Positions 8,207 to 18,083 of a stretch of DNA of 50,528 nucleotides are shown here, piece by piece. This DNA comes from a virus (Duplodnaviria > Caudoviricetes). The position numbers were made by a program, and so were the translations under genes. The stretch lies in the IMG/VR virus record IMGVR_UViG_3300025117_000087, positions 1-50,528 of that record. The stretch is one strand, 5' to 3'. The notes below the pieces were generated by a model. That model had not been told where the DNA came from. It was given only the letters and a program-made list of their open reading frames with translations, and did not search any database. Position 1 is the first letter of the stretch. Every line of letters starts with the position of its first letter.

Positions 8207-10578
8207 CAGGGTGCCTCGAATAAAGAGCTATCTTTAATTTCAATCTTAAATTTATTCGTATCAATTACATTCCCAAATTCAAAGAAGTAATGTTCTGTCA
8301 CCGAATAAGTGTCGAAATAAGCATTGCTCCAATTATCATTACCAGCGCCCGGGTCTCTTAGGAACAACCTGTCCCCATAAGTCAATGAATATGATGACGG
8401 CAAAGAAACAATACCGTTAATTTGCACCTGAATTTGTTCGTTATCAACAAAATCCGATAGAGCAACACCACAGAAATGATTATAGTGAGCCTCGATTGGC
8501 AGCATTCTTTCAACCTTGCCATCGCTTCGCATAATTAAAAGATTGCCTGTCTTGCCGCTGCCTTCCGTGGTTTTTGTGTCGTAAACATTATCGCTTACAA
8601 ATTCAGATTCTGTGGTTTCGGGTATGTTTATTTCTATATTAATTGGGGTTGTTGTCTGAAAATTAAAGCGGCTCGAGCTATGGAGTGTGATTGATGTTGT
8701 TTTATCTTTATAATTTCTTTTGATTTTTACAACGGTATAATTATTGCCGTCAATTATAATCGTAGAACCCAGTATAAGATTATTCCAATGAGAAGTTGAG
8801 CCATCAGAATTAGGGGAGAAACCCATCAGGAACGGCACATTCAATTCATATTCATTGTCAAAAAACGGCTTGTTAAAATCAACTAATCCTCCGTTTAAAT
8901 ATTCCGAGATACTATTTATATTGTATTCCGTGTCATTTACTTTTATCTGCCATAATCCAACGGGAGCCATATAAGTCGTAGCAGGCTCTCCGTCAATATC
9001 GCCCATCGGGTCGCACCCCATATATAACCCTAAATGAGGGTCTGGCGTAATAGCCAGTCCCATGTTGCTCATTAAAGCTCCGTCCCGATAAGTCAGAATG
9101 TTGTGCGGAATAAAATAATTAGTATTAGAAAAAACTATAGGATTACCATATAGTCCTCTTAATTCATACTTCATCCACCCCAAATAATCCCTGTAATACC
9201 TCCTCAAAATCGGGGTGATTGTCAATAGCAGCGAATCGCCTTCAGGCGCTGCCTCCCCTGTGTGATAACCCCAATCTTTTATAATCCCTGATTTTTGATA
9301 TGAAGCTTCGTAAGTATATATGCCATACTCATTAATAATTGACCATTCCCAGCCCGAAGAAGGAATATTATCTATTTTATACTTTTCAAAATTCAAATCG
9401 TAGAAAGCCCGTCCTATCCACTTGTTTTTTTTCTCTTTTACTATACCAGATTTTAATTTCAGGCTTGCTTTATCAACATCTTTAATATAAACCTGGGAGC
9501 CGGCAACTGCCCCGCGATTAACGAATTTTATTTTTATTGTTGAAGTATCCGAAAAATACATATTCAGATACATCCCAAAATTAGCAGCCAATAAGTATAA
9601 AAAATCTGTAAATGTTTTCACTTTTGGATTGTTGATCCACAAATCATTTTGTGCCTTATCAGCATCAGTACCGTCGGCATCCAGTTCTATTAATTGCCAG
9701 GAAACATAAAAACTTGTAGCAGAGCTTACAGAGCCGAATTGCATTGTCTTAATTGAATTGTCGTCACTTCTTGTAATGCGATTAGTATTAGCATCTATAA
9801 GCCACCAGGGACGGTTCTCAGTGTCTTTTTTAGGCACCCACCTTGCAGGTCCAAATTTGCCGTCAATATTCGTGTTGTCAATTTCGATTGTATAAGTACC
9901 CAGTCCCTTTGACGTCAACATTGCCTCGACAATATCTGTTAATTTAATGAGCAATGAATTTAAGTTTACCATCTTATAATATCTCGTGATATAAAGATGT
10001 GTATCATTTGTAGTCTCTAAATAAGCGTCAGGATTGACGATGTTGGCATTCTTCCAGGTTGTATCGGCTATTAAAGTCGAAACTATTTCTTTAAAATCGC
10101 ATTCGTCAAAGGAAGCTTCTGAAAATGGCTGTGCTTTTATATCCCATCTTCGTACCGGTGTTGGTGCTGTTCCCCACTCACTGTCTTTCCACTCCAAATC
10201 TTCGGCTTTAAAATCCGGCAGAATAACACCTGAAAAAACTTTATTTGCAACGCTTATTCCCTGGCTGGCAGCGTCCAGGAATAACCCACAATAACGAAAC
10301 ACGGCAGGGTCGGTATAAGTATCGAGTACGAAGCTCAACGCTCCGGCATCCTCGTCAGTGACTACGGCAGCTTCATTCATTTCAAAAGACAGTGTGTCTT
10401 CCTGCAATACATTTGAATCAGATTCAAAGCCTTCCTCAGTGTCTTTGACATCGAAGATATTACATTCGGAATAAGGGCCGGTAAATAATTCATCATGTGT
10501 CTCAGCAACAACGAACGTTTTTTTAACGGCTCCGTAGCCATCTTCGTAATATGTTATTTCCTGCTTGTAAGCTGCCAT
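8206..10578 (-). CDS. Large minor tail (hub/tip-like) protein with a C-terminal cement-like domain
   Basis: About 790 aa; likely start MAAYKQ at 10578 (after the terminator); C-terminus GVALSD...VQINGIV...LTYGDRLFL resembles DUF2190/cement-type beta domains. Confidence 0.55.
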   Translation of the reverse strand: MAAYKQEITYYEDGYGAVKKTFVVAETHDELFTGPYSECNIFDVKDTEEGFESDSNVLQEDTLSFEMNEAAVVTDEDAGALSFVLDTYTDPAVFRYCGLFLDAASQGISVANKVFSGVILPDFKAEDLEWKDSEWGTAPTPVRRWDIKAQPFSEASFDECDFKEIVSTLIADTTWKNANIVNPDAYLETTNDTHLYITRYYKMVNLNSLLIKLTDIVEAMLTSKGLGTYTIEIDNTNIDGKFGPARWVPKKDTENRPWWLIDANTNRITRSDDNSIKTMQFGSVSSATSFYVSWQLIELDADGTDADKAQNDLWINNPKVKTFTDFLYLLAANFGMYLNMYFSDTSTIKIKFVNRGAVAGSQVYIKDVDKASLKLKSGIVKEKKNKWIGRAFYDLNFEKYKIDNIPSSGWEWSIINEYGIYTYEASYQKSGIIKDWGYHTGEAAPEGDSLLLTITPILRRYYRDYLGWMKYELRGLYGNPIVFSNTNYFIPHNILTYRDGALMSNMGLAITPDPHLGLYMGCDPMGDIDGEPATTYMAPVGLWQIKVNDTEYNINSISEYLNGGLVDFNKPFFDNEYELNVPFLMGFSPNSDGSTSHWNNLILGSTIIIDGNNYTVVKIKRNYKDKTTSITLHSSSRFNFQTTTPINIEINIPETTESEFVSDNVYDTKTTEGSGKTGNLLIMRSDGKVERMLPIEAHYNHFCGVALSDFVDNEQIQVQINGIVSLPSSYSLTYGDRLFLRDPGAGNDNWSNAYFDTYSVTEHYFFEFGNVIDTNKFKIEIKDSSLFEAP

Positions 10579-10587
10579 GTTTTTTAT

Positions 10588-10619
10588 AAAAAAGGCAGGC
10601 AGCACTCACTACCTGCCTA
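10588..10619 (-). terminator. Rho-independent terminator after the major tail gene
   Basis: Minus strand AGGCAGGTAG-TGAGTG-CTGCCTGCCT followed by a T-run. Confidence 0.75.
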
Positions 10620-10647
10620 TGGTTAAACTACAACAATTAGGTTATGA

Positions 10648-11310
10648 TTAAGACAAAGCCGTTCTTACGATTTTTCCTGTAATCAAATTTGTATAATCAC
10701 CGGTTACCAGTGCCTTGATAGTAATAGCAGTACGCCCGATAGGTGTGATTGTCGCGCCTTGCATCGCTGTGTTATATGCTGAGAACAAAGCAGTGGATGT
10801 AAACGCAACACCACCTTTGACAGTAACATTGAATGTTACGATGTCTTCTCCGATATCTTCCTGAAAGTCTCCGGATATATAACCGATAAGATGTTCGAAG
10901 CCAACGATAGCGCCATCGGAAGCCCTACGGCCTATCCCCTTGCAGGCAGCTACGCAATTATCTGCATCCTGTAGCCAGCTTATGAAGGTATCGGCATCGG
11001 TTTTGCCCATTGAAATTTCACCGCTAATTTCGTCGGCATTGTCGCCGGCTGCAGCTTCGGAGCCGTCCACCGCATTAATTGTTTTAGAGCTTTTGGCAAC
11101 ACGCAGGTCAACGCCGGTAGTGGATCGCTTCGTTAAATATTCAGTTTCTTTTCTCGCATTGGCATATTTCGCTTTTTCTGTTCCGGATACAAACAAAAAA
11201 CTCAAAGCAGTACCAAAGGCAGTGATATCATTTCCGCTCAATGTAACGGGCAGCATTTTTAAAAAACCGCCGCCGGCCACAAGTATATCGCCAGGATAAG
11301 AATCAGCCAT
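10648..11310 (-). CDS. Probable major tail (tube) protein
   Basis: 220 aa, Gly/Ala/Thr-rich, followed by a terminator as is typical for high-copy structural genes. Confidence 0.55.
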   Translation of the reverse strand: MADSYPGDILVAGGGFLKMLPVTLSGNDITAFGTALSFLFVSGTEKAKYANARKETEYLTKRSTTGVDLRVAKSSKTINAVDGSEAAAGDNADEISGEISMGKTDADTFISWLQDADNCVAACKGIGRRASDGAIVGFEHLIGYISGDFQEDIGEDIVTFNVTVKGGVAFTSTALFSAYNTAMQGATITPIGRTAITIKALVTGDYTNLITGKIVRTALS

Positions 11311-11311
11311 A

Positions 11312-11623
11312 TCAATTCTCCTTTTCTATATTGTGAATAATAATTTCGTTAATTTCATTAACAGTTATTTCTGAATTTGGAAATTCATTTTTGAGCAGAT
11401 GAAGAATGTAATTTGCAGCTTCATCGCCTGTATAATCCGGATTGACTGAAAGATTCCAGGTTGCAAGCTTTTCAGGCTTCTTTGGCACATTGAAATCTTT
11501 TGATTTTTCGTAGCCGTCGAATCCAAAAATGTTGACTTTGATTAACGTCTCGAGCTTTTTAGGCTCGATGTTTTCGACTTCGTAATAAATGTATTTTTTT
11601 GTCTCCATAATTAATCGCTCCAT
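11312..11623 (-). CDS. Hypothetical protein
   Basis: 103 aa ORF packed in the late operon. Confidence 0.5.
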   Translation of the reverse strand: MERLIMETKKYIYYEVENIEPKKLETLIKVNIFGFDGYEKSKDFNVPKKPEKLATWNLSVNPDYTGDEAANYILHLLKNEFPNSEITVNEINEIIIHNIEKEN

Positions 11624-12468
11624 TTGTTTTTAAACCACTTTACAATTATGTCTTTTAAATATATTGTGCCTGCATAATTGTCCGCAACAGCATTATCTCG
11701 ATATATCAAACCTCTCACAATGTTACTTATCCCCTCTGAAGCATTATTTATAGTCAAACTAACTCCTGGTGTTATATATATATTTTGAGCTAAAGACACA
11801 GCTACCTGGTCGTAGACTATTGTACCATATGCTCCGTTCATTGAATTATTACTATGATATGCCCTTGCTTGTATTCCCATTTTTACATTGTCAGGGGGAG
11901 TGGGAACAGTTGATGAAGTAAAAATAACAAAACTAACAGTTACTTGTCCTGCATTCCAATCTTTATTCAATTCAAATTGGAACTGCAATAATTCTGTTCC
12001 AGAAGGTACATTGCTAAATTGATAACCTGACCAGTCTTCATATGGACTGACCGCATGACTTATCGTTCCGAAATTAGCAGGGAATGGTAGAGTAGGTGAT
12101 AATTCAAAATTCACTCCATTGTTATTGTTGACTATTTTCCAACGCCGCGCAAAGTCATCAATTACTATTCCTTCTGGTTGATTATCTGCATCTTTATGTA
12201 CTACTATCTTATCATTAACCGCATCTAATGAAGTTGTTACATCTAATCCGTCAATATCGAGATAAGCGCCATTTGAATCTTTATTCAAGCCCCAGTTTGC
12301 TTTCATCCGGAGCAAAGCACTAATCAATTCGTTGATGTCGTCGAATGTAAAATCAATGGTATCCGAATCAGCGAATATCAGTTTCAGCAATCCGTACAGG
12401 TCGAAATCCGTAAGTTCGAGTTCCTTCCAGTATTGTTTACCCAATATTAATGCTTGAAACTTCGTCAT
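11611..12468 (-). CDS. Putative fibre / virion structural protein
   Basis: N-terminal DSDTIDFTFDD fibre-type segment; C-terminal beta-rich domain. Confidence 0.45.
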   Translation of the reverse strand: MTKFQALILGKQYWKELELTDFDLYGLLKLIFADSDTIDFTFDDINELISALLRMKANWGLNKDSNGAYLDIDGLDVTTSLDAVNDKIVVHKDADNQPEGIVIDDFARRWKIVNNNNGVNFELSPTLPFPANFGTISHAVSPYEDWSGYQFSNVPSGTELLQFQFELNKDWNAGQVTVSFVIFTSSTVPTPPDNVKMGIQARAYHSNNSMNGAYGTIVYDQVAVSLAQNIYITPGVSLTINNASEGISNIVRGLIYRDNAVADNYAGTIYLKDIIVKWFKNKWSD

Positions 12469-12603
12469 CTTTTCTTAAATTTTATTCCTTTTTTAAATTG
12501 AATTACAGCACAGACAAAACTGCCTATCATACTTACTACTACTACTAAAAAAGCTATTATATCCCACACTTCAATTCGAGTTAATATTTAACAGTTATCT
12601 CCG

Positions 12604-13665
12604 TCATACAATTACATTGCGTTCAGAAAAAGTTCTTATACTGGCTACATTAATTCCATTTATCTGTTTTATGCTCCCGAGTGAAAATTCAGATATATTC
12701 TTAACTTCAGCTATAGTCCCTCCGCCGACCGACCAGCTGTATCCGATTGCAAATACATCAAAGTTGGTTGAACCGATTTTTTGTTCAGCATACCTATCAG
12801 CATCTAATCCTACCCAACAACCCATAGCGTAATAATTATAATAATAACTATCATAAGTATCGCCTTTCTCCCGAATTGCGATAGGATAAGGGCTTGTTGA
12901 ACTATTCCTTAAATACAGGAATACTCCATTATTTCCCCTTAAAACATCTGACTGAAAATTCATATCCTGATAACTGCCGGTAACAGAGACACTGTAATCT
13001 TTCCGATTAGTCCAACCGAAGATATTGTCTTTCATATACCCAATTAATCTAAATGTCATTTCAGTATAGGCTTGTGTATAGGCTTCAAATATTTCGTTTG
13101 CATCAACATTAATTACGTGATGAGTAGTTTCTACCGTCATTAACGTCCGGGTTGCAAGACTTGTACCGTCAGTGGAACCATTGCGACGCAGCCCGCCTAT
13201 AATACCTGAAGTATAATTATTATAAATCATAACAAATGCAGCAATAGCTGTATCAGTGCCGGTATATGAACTAATATCCTTGTCTTGCCAAACATTATTG
13301 GAAGTATTAGACAGATTGATTGCATTATCAAAAAATACAGCCTCAGATGTTTCCAAATAGCCAAGCAAATAGCACTTTACCGTTGATGCCGGCAGGTATA
13401 TTTCAAATATATCCGAACTGTCAACGCCAATCCACACGTATTTATGATAGCCGTTAGGACCTGTACTTCCCTGGACAACATCTACATAATCGTCAGTCGA
13501 GCCATTTTTGCGAATCCTAAAATTCTTGTCTGTGGTTGTCGTATTGATAATCTCGAGGAACACGCCGGAAGTATTGCCTGCATTGACATAGCTCGTTACA
13601 TCAATATCTTCATACTGATTGTAATTAGCTGGAACAAGCTCTACCGGTGTTACTTTTGTTGGCAT
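12604..13665 (-). CDS. Virion protein with three ~100-aa internal repeats (putative receptor-binding/decoration)
   Basis: Repeats of [YW].D.D....GVF...R.NGSTD...[VL]D....E...[LI]GY; C-terminal IKQINGINVASI. Confidence 0.55.
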   Translation of the reverse strand: MPTKVTPVELVPANYNQYEDIDVTSYVNAGNTSGVFLEIINTTTTDKNFRIRKNGSTDDYVDVVQGSTGPNGYHKYVWIGVDSSDIFEIYLPASTVKCYLLGYLETSEAVFFDNAINLSNTSNNVWQDKDISSYTGTDTAIAAFVMIYNNYTSGIIGGLRRNGSTDGTSLATRTLMTVETTHHVINVDANEIFEAYTQAYTEMTFRLIGYMKDNIFGWTNRKDYSVSVTGSYQDMNFQSDVLRGNNGVFLYLRNSSTSPYPIAIREKGDTYDSYYYNYYAMGCWVGLDADRYAEQKIGSTNFDVFAIGYSWSVGGGTIAEVKNISEFSLGSIKQINGINVASIRTFSERNVIV

Positions 13666-14087
13666 TATTTAAACAGTTCCTTTTGTTGCTCTTTAATTAA
13701 ATCTTTCAATTCGGTTATCCTGGATTTTGTTTTGCCTTCTTCAATTTCATCAAAATAGTTTTTAAGCCTCAAATCTTTTTCTGTCTGTTTTTCATTCTCA
13801 TCATAGAGCTTCTCATCTAATAATGAATGAATATGTCCGCTAAGCTTATCGAATAAAATTAAACTTTCATCCACCGTAGCCTGCTTGTCAAATATTTTTT
13901 TAGTTAATCCATATTTCTCACAATCAAATTCCTTAGATAAACCTTTTCTCCAGAAATTATAGAAACAATTCGACAAGTCGTCATCTGCGTTGCATAGCTC
14001 AGCTTCAATATCTTTCCTCAAATCCTTGTAAGGAACTCTATCATCATAGTTTCTTACATCATTAAATTTATATTGCTTGTCTGTCAT
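13665..14087 (-). CDS. Hypothetical protein
   Basis: 140 aa charged helical ORF coupled to its neighbours. Confidence 0.5.
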   Translation of the reverse strand: MTDKQYKFNDVRNYDDRVPYKDLRKDIEAELCNADDDLSNCFYNFWRKGLSKEFDCEKYGLTKKIFDKQATVDESLILFDKLSGHIHSLLDEKLYDENEKQTEKDLRLKNYFDEIEEGKTKSRITELKDLIKEQQKELFK

Positions 14088-14088
14088 A

Positions 14089-15654
14089 TTATGTCCCCAA
14101 ATGAGTAGCTAACAATAGATTAGGAATCAACTCCATGACATCTGCACTAAGAGCAATACCTATCGGCGTTATTACGCTGTCAACGGCAGGTGGGGCTCCT
14201 AATGTTTGAGTCAATGTTCCTGCCGTTTCGGATACATATATCAAACCTCCAACTGTCCAGTTCCAGGTACTGTTATATATCTTACCAGAAAAAGCCACAT
14301 ACTTAGAGCCGGTACTTGCCTCAAGAGATATACCTACTCTCCTCATAGTTGCAACGCCGGAAGCGTCAGCATTGTCGTAATTGCCGTCTGAAGCAAGCGA
14401 GACAGGAGTGAAAGCAGCCGAATTGCCTGTGTCTATAGTTACTTGTTCGTATTCACACTGACTCCAATCGTAATTCGAGACCGGCAATCTTTTCTTATTA
14501 TGCTGAGAGGCTGCCAATAATAAATTTGGCAATGTCAACCTGATAATTTTGGCAGGATTTAAATAACAGGTAACGAACATTATCTGTCCGTCAGTAGCGA
14601 ATTCATTTACAGAATTTTCTCCCGAAGCTAAGACACAATAATAAACCTCATCGGTCATTACATCTATGAATACAATCGTTCCGGGACTTGTATTAAGCAA
14701 GCAAATTACAAACTTGCCAAAGGTAAACATACCGTAGCATATTGTAGTAGTAAGATTTAATCGTTTAATAGTAATAGCCAAATTCGACTTAGCAATATCG
14801 AGATACACTCCAAGATTTGTTTCAATGCCAACTATTATTCTATCTGGCAATAAAGCAAAATCGTCAGTTGCTGCATTGTAGCCAGAGGCAAAAGCTTGCG
14901 AAGTAAAAGTCAAGTCAGTTGGATTTACATCAGCAATCCAACCAGGATTTGAACTGCCGGTTACAAATATCGAGGTACCGTCAAAATCGGCTGCATGCCC
15001 CATATTAAGCCCCGTAAGCGTAGCCGATGTTACCCTGCTCCAATCACTAATTAAAAACTTAACAGCAATCGTCGGCGAAGCATTAGTAAATACAAACAGA
15101 TGAGTGTCAGTAACACACATTGAACCCCAGCCTGAGGTTCCTTGCGTAGTATCTGAAATAACGTCAGGACTGGTGACAGTCATCGGGTCTGTCAAGTAAT
15201 TAATTTCAGACACAGTAACTCTATTGGCATGGTTAAAAATAGCATATACTTTATCTTTTGATGGAATATAAACTATTTTAAAAGCTTCATAATGGAAACC
15301 ATCGTCGGCAAAGGTTATATAATCATAAGTCGAAAGTGCGGTATAAGGATTTTTCCATCTTATGAATTTTGATGTCGTTGCAGTAACGTTTGTTATACCT
15401 ACAACCCAGCCATTTGGCAATCTTAACAAACTGTGAATATTAGATAAACCTGTTGCGAGTGTTACCGTTTCTTTGTCAGGCAATCTAAATGTTAAATCCA
15501 AAGATTCTGATAAAAGACGATTAGTACCTCGAGAATCCGAAATGACAGATTCGTTGGTAGAGCCGACAATAGCGTTGCCATCTTTATCGGTTACGCTTGT
15601 CTGGTTTAACGGCTGAATTTTGCCGTCAATATATCCTGCTCCGACTATACTCAT
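14089..15654 (-). CDS. Virion protein: beta-propeller-like body plus C-terminal cement-like domain
   Basis: Repeating short beta-strand units (FDGTSIFVT, TDGQIMFVT); C-terminus VGISLEA...WTVGGLIYVSETAGTLT...IGIALSA. Confidence 0.55.
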   Translation of the reverse strand: MSIVGAGYIDGKIQPLNQTSVTDKDGNAIVGSTNESVISDSRGTNRLLSESLDLTFRLPDKETVTLATGLSNIHSLLRLPNGWVVGITNVTATTSKFIRWKNPYTALSTYDYITFADDGFHYEAFKIVYIPSKDKVYAIFNHANRVTVSEINYLTDPMTVTSPDVISDTTQGTSGWGSMCVTDTHLFVFTNASPTIAVKFLISDWSRVTSATLTGLNMGHAADFDGTSIFVTGSSNPGWIADVNPTDLTFTSQAFASGYNAATDDFALLPDRIIVGIETNLGVYLDIAKSNLAITIKRLNLTTTICYGMFTFGKFVICLLNTSPGTIVFIDVMTDEVYYCVLASGENSVNEFATDGQIMFVTCYLNPAKIIRLTLPNLLLAASQHNKKRLPVSNYDWSQCEYEQVTIDTGNSAAFTPVSLASDGNYDNADASGVATMRRVGISLEASTGSKYVAFSGKIYNSTWNWTVGGLIYVSETAGTLTQTLGAPPAVDSVITPIGIALSADVMELIPNLLLATHLGT

Positions 15655-16362
15655 TTATCCTTCCACTGCTAACACTAAAGTTGCCTTCGTTGCCGGTGCA
15701 AACGTAGTTGTCGTAATCAGAAATCCAATAGTATCACCGGCAGTAAAATCATAGTTAGTAGTTCCATAGGCTACGCTCGCATTGTCTTTCGTCGTAGGGC
15801 TGGCTGCAATTTGTAAATCCAAACCTGTGGGAGTCAATCCGACGCCATTTTTGTGAGGCTCTGCGTCGAGCGTACCTGCCGTGCGTGCATCAGACAATTT
15901 AATCGAAGCACCAACCATATAGCCATCGAATGGAGCCACTACATCCATACCCAAAACGCCGGTTAATTGATTTTGACCGTCGAAATAAACATCGTCAACG
16001 AATACATATCGTTTCCGGATTGCAGCTGCCGTATCAAGTATATTCTTACTTAGAATAACCCAGTTAGTTCCAACTGTAGCGTGGTCGCCTGCAGGTGAGG
16101 AATCAATTTTACAAATTGCAACATCACCAACTTCGACATCAATACCGGAAGCACCTCCGATTTTACCTGCTACGGATACGGCATATATATCACCCTCGTC
16201 GGCAGCAGGATAATTTGGGTTTGCTGAACAATCAATATTCTCAACTACATTATCACCAAGCCCGCCGCCAAGAGGATTACCACCTGCATCACCAATCGTA
16301 TCACCTGAAGGTACCGGCACTATTTTGCCGTTTAAAAAACATGCTATTACTCTTTGTGCCAT
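15655..16362 (-). CDS. Putative fibre/structural protein (paralogue of 16372..16860)
   Basis: DCSANPNYPAA...VSVAGKIGG motif; C-terminal DGQNQ...APFDGY...RTAGT...DFTAGD shared with the next ORF. Confidence 0.55.
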   Translation of the reverse strand: MAQRVIACFLNGKIVPVPSGDTIGDAGGNPLGGGLGDNVVENIDCSANPNYPAADEGDIYAVSVAGKIGGASGIDVEVGDVAICKIDSSPAGDHATVGTNWVILSKNILDTAAAIRKRYVFVDDVYFDGQNQLTGVLGMDVVAPFDGYMVGASIKLSDARTAGTLDAEPHKNGVGLTPTGLDLQIAASPTTKDNASVAYGTTNYDFTAGDTIGFLITTTTFAPATKATLVLAVEG

Positions 16363-16371
16363 ATCAATCTC

Positions 16372-16860
16372 CTAAACAGTTATATCATTTTTAATTATCA
16401 AAAATAAAGTACCGAAATTTGAGAGCGGAATGAAGCTGCTCGATGTTGCTTTAACCTGTATTTTGTCTCCTGCTGCAAAATCAAATCCTGTCGTTTTGTG
16501 AGCTATCGTAATTGTTCTATCGAGCGGATAGCTCGCATTAATCTGAATATTCAAATCGGTTTCAACCAATGCAACATCATTTTTATAAACAGTAAAATCA
16601 ATAGTGCCTGCTGTTCTCTGCTCTTTCAATGCTACGCTATGCCCTACCAGGTAACAATCGTAAGGAGCAACAGCTTCCAAAACCTTTGAGGCAGTAATTT
16701 GATTCTGTCCATCGAGCCAAAATTCACTATCAAATACATTGTCAACTTTTTTGTCAAGGTTGGTTTGGAGTGTAGCACCGCCCTGAATCTCAATTATATG
16801 AGCTTCTATATCACCATCAATGGTATCATTGTCAATATCTGCATCTATATAATTGCTCAT
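16372..16860 (-). CDS. Putative structural protein (paralogue of 15655..16362)
   Basis: DGQNQ...APYDCY...RTAGT...DFAAGD domain. Confidence 0.55.
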   Translation of the reverse strand: MSNYIDADIDNDTIDGDIEAHIIEIQGGATLQTNLDKKVDNVFDSEFWLDGQNQITASKVLEAVAPYDCYLVGHSVALKEQRTAGTIDFTVYKNDVALVETDLNIQINASYPLDRTITIAHKTTGFDFAAGDKIQVKATSSSFIPLSNFGTLFLIIKNDITV

Positions 16861-17207
16861 GTGCTTACCGAATCTAATACTACAATATTATCACCGCCGA
16901 TTATCAATCTTTCCACTCCTCCGTCAGTTTCAACTACATCCCATTTAAACGTTCCAAGCGTTTCATCATCTGCTATATCAACATAATAGCATAAAGTTGA
17001 ATAACCTTTTGTTGCATAAGTAGATGTGTCTTTTGAAAAAGAAAATAAAAATATTAATGCATTTGTTTCTTTATCCCTGACTTGTCCAACATAAGTACAA
17101 TTAGTAATATCCTTATATCTTCGATAGTATCTTTCAAATCTCACACCCCGATGAACAGTTAAATTCTTTTTCCATCTTATTATCCGTGCCATCACTTCAC
17201 CATCCAC
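16857..17207 (-). CDS. BppU-N-like baseplate/fibre adaptor protein
   Basis: LTVHRG...DITNCTYVGQVR...WDVVETDGGVERLIIG pattern typical of BppU N-terminal Ig-like domains. Confidence 0.5.
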   Translation of the reverse strand: MDGEVMARIIRWKKNLTVHRGVRFERYYRRYKDITNCTYVGQVRDKETNALIFLFSFSKDTSTYATKGYSTLCYYVDIADDETLGTFKWDVVETDGGVERLIIGGDNIVVLDSVST

Positions 17208-17761
17208 GTTATAAGTCCAACTCCTAACGCTCCAACAATTCCACCAATCCAGAAGGTATTGTACCAGGGCGGCTGTATGGTCTCAGTCTTAATCATTTCT
17301 TTGATTTTAACGTCAACCGGCTTCGGCTCGTATTTTATATTTGCAATTAAATCATTCGAAGGGAATTGATATGATAAGGACATTGACATCTTCGCTTCTT
17401 TTTTGTCAACGACTGTATCCTTTGTAACCTCAAAGGATGTGACAAAATACAAATTTGACCCCAGGATATTTGCCGGCAAAGATGTCAAGCCATGATAAAC
17501 ACTATCCCAAAGCCGGTTGAAATATATTTTAAAACTATCGGATTCAATTATTTGTTTGTCAATATAAATTGGAATATATTTTGGAATAATTTTTTCTACA
17601 ATTTCGATGGAATCAGAAGGCACTGGGACTTTAACAATCCTGTCTTTATACTCTGTTTTTTGTGTTATTTTAGGCAAAAAAAACCAGTGGTCTATCGCTC
17701 CTCCAATAAAGAGAAGTGCGAAAACAGATATAATGAGTAATATTTTATAAGTTTTTTTCAT
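17192..17761 (-). CDS. Membrane protein, possible spanin-like lysis accessory
   Basis: N-terminal TM helix, periplasmic-type middle, C-terminal PWY...IGGIVGALGVGLI TM; downstream of the lysis genes. Confidence 0.45.
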   Translation of the reverse strand: MKKTYKILLIISVFALLFIGGAIDHWFFLPKITQKTEYKDRIVKVPVPSDSIEIVEKIIPKYIPIYIDKQIIESDSFKIYFNRLWDSVYHGLTSLPANILGSNLYFVTSFEVTKDTVVDKKEAKMSMSLSYQFPSNDLIANIKYEPKPVDVKIKEMIKTETIQPPWYNTFWIGGIVGALGVGLITWMVK

Positions 17762-17762
17762 G

Positions 17763-17835
17763 TAGCAAGGGCAGGATTCGAACCTGCAACCTATTGGTTA
17801 TGAGCCAAGCGAGCTAACCGTTGCTCTACCTTGCG
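17763..17835 (-). tRNA. tRNA-Met(CAT), initiator-like
   Basis: CGCAAGG TA GAGC AACGGTTA GCTC G CTTGG CTCATAA CCAAT AGGTT GCAGG TTCGAAT CCTGC CCTTGCT A: full cloverleaf; C1xU72 mismatch and A11-U24; no encoded CCA. Confidence 0.9.
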
Positions 17836-17888
17836 ATATGTTTTGGACATTTTTTGTCCAAACAATTTCTTACCAAATTTTTTCTTTC

Positions 17889-17925
17889 AAAAATCAGTGC
17901 CTGAAGGTGCCTGACAGGCACTGAT
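17889..17925 (-). terminator. Hairpin/terminator upstream of the tRNA
   Basis: Perfect 11-bp inverted repeat ATCAGTGCCTG / CAGGCACTGAT followed by a T-run on the minus strand. Confidence 0.65.
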
Positions 17926-17963
17926 ATATTGTCTCACCAAATAGGAGGAATTATGAAAAAACA

Positions 17964-18083
17964 TTATTTCTTTTCTCTCTCTTTTTTATCCTGATTGTTC
18001 TTACGGATAATTGCAAAGACAATCAGTAAACCAAGCCCAAGGAATATGACCTGCCATGCCCAAGTCGGTAAACCTTCATTCAT
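17964..18083 (-). CDS. Small single-TM protein (39 aa, not in ORF track)
   Basis: MNEGLPTWAWQVIFLGLGLLIVFAIIRKNNQDKKEREKK*; ATG overlaps the upstream TGA. Confidence 0.6.
   Translation of the reverse strand: MNEGLPTWAWQVIFLGLGLLIVFAIIRKNNQDKKEREKK

Noticed and set aside
8206-17207. Diversity-generating retroelement targeting fibre genes
   Set aside because: No reverse transcriptase ORF and no near-identical TR/VR pair differing at adenines was seen; the paralogy is old and visible only at protein level.
17943-17994. Plus-strand AGGAGG + ATG mini-ORF (MKKHYFFSLSFLS*) as a type I toxin or leader peptide
   Set aside because: Only 13 aa, antisense to a better 39-aa ORF, and no promoter evident; cannot be supported.
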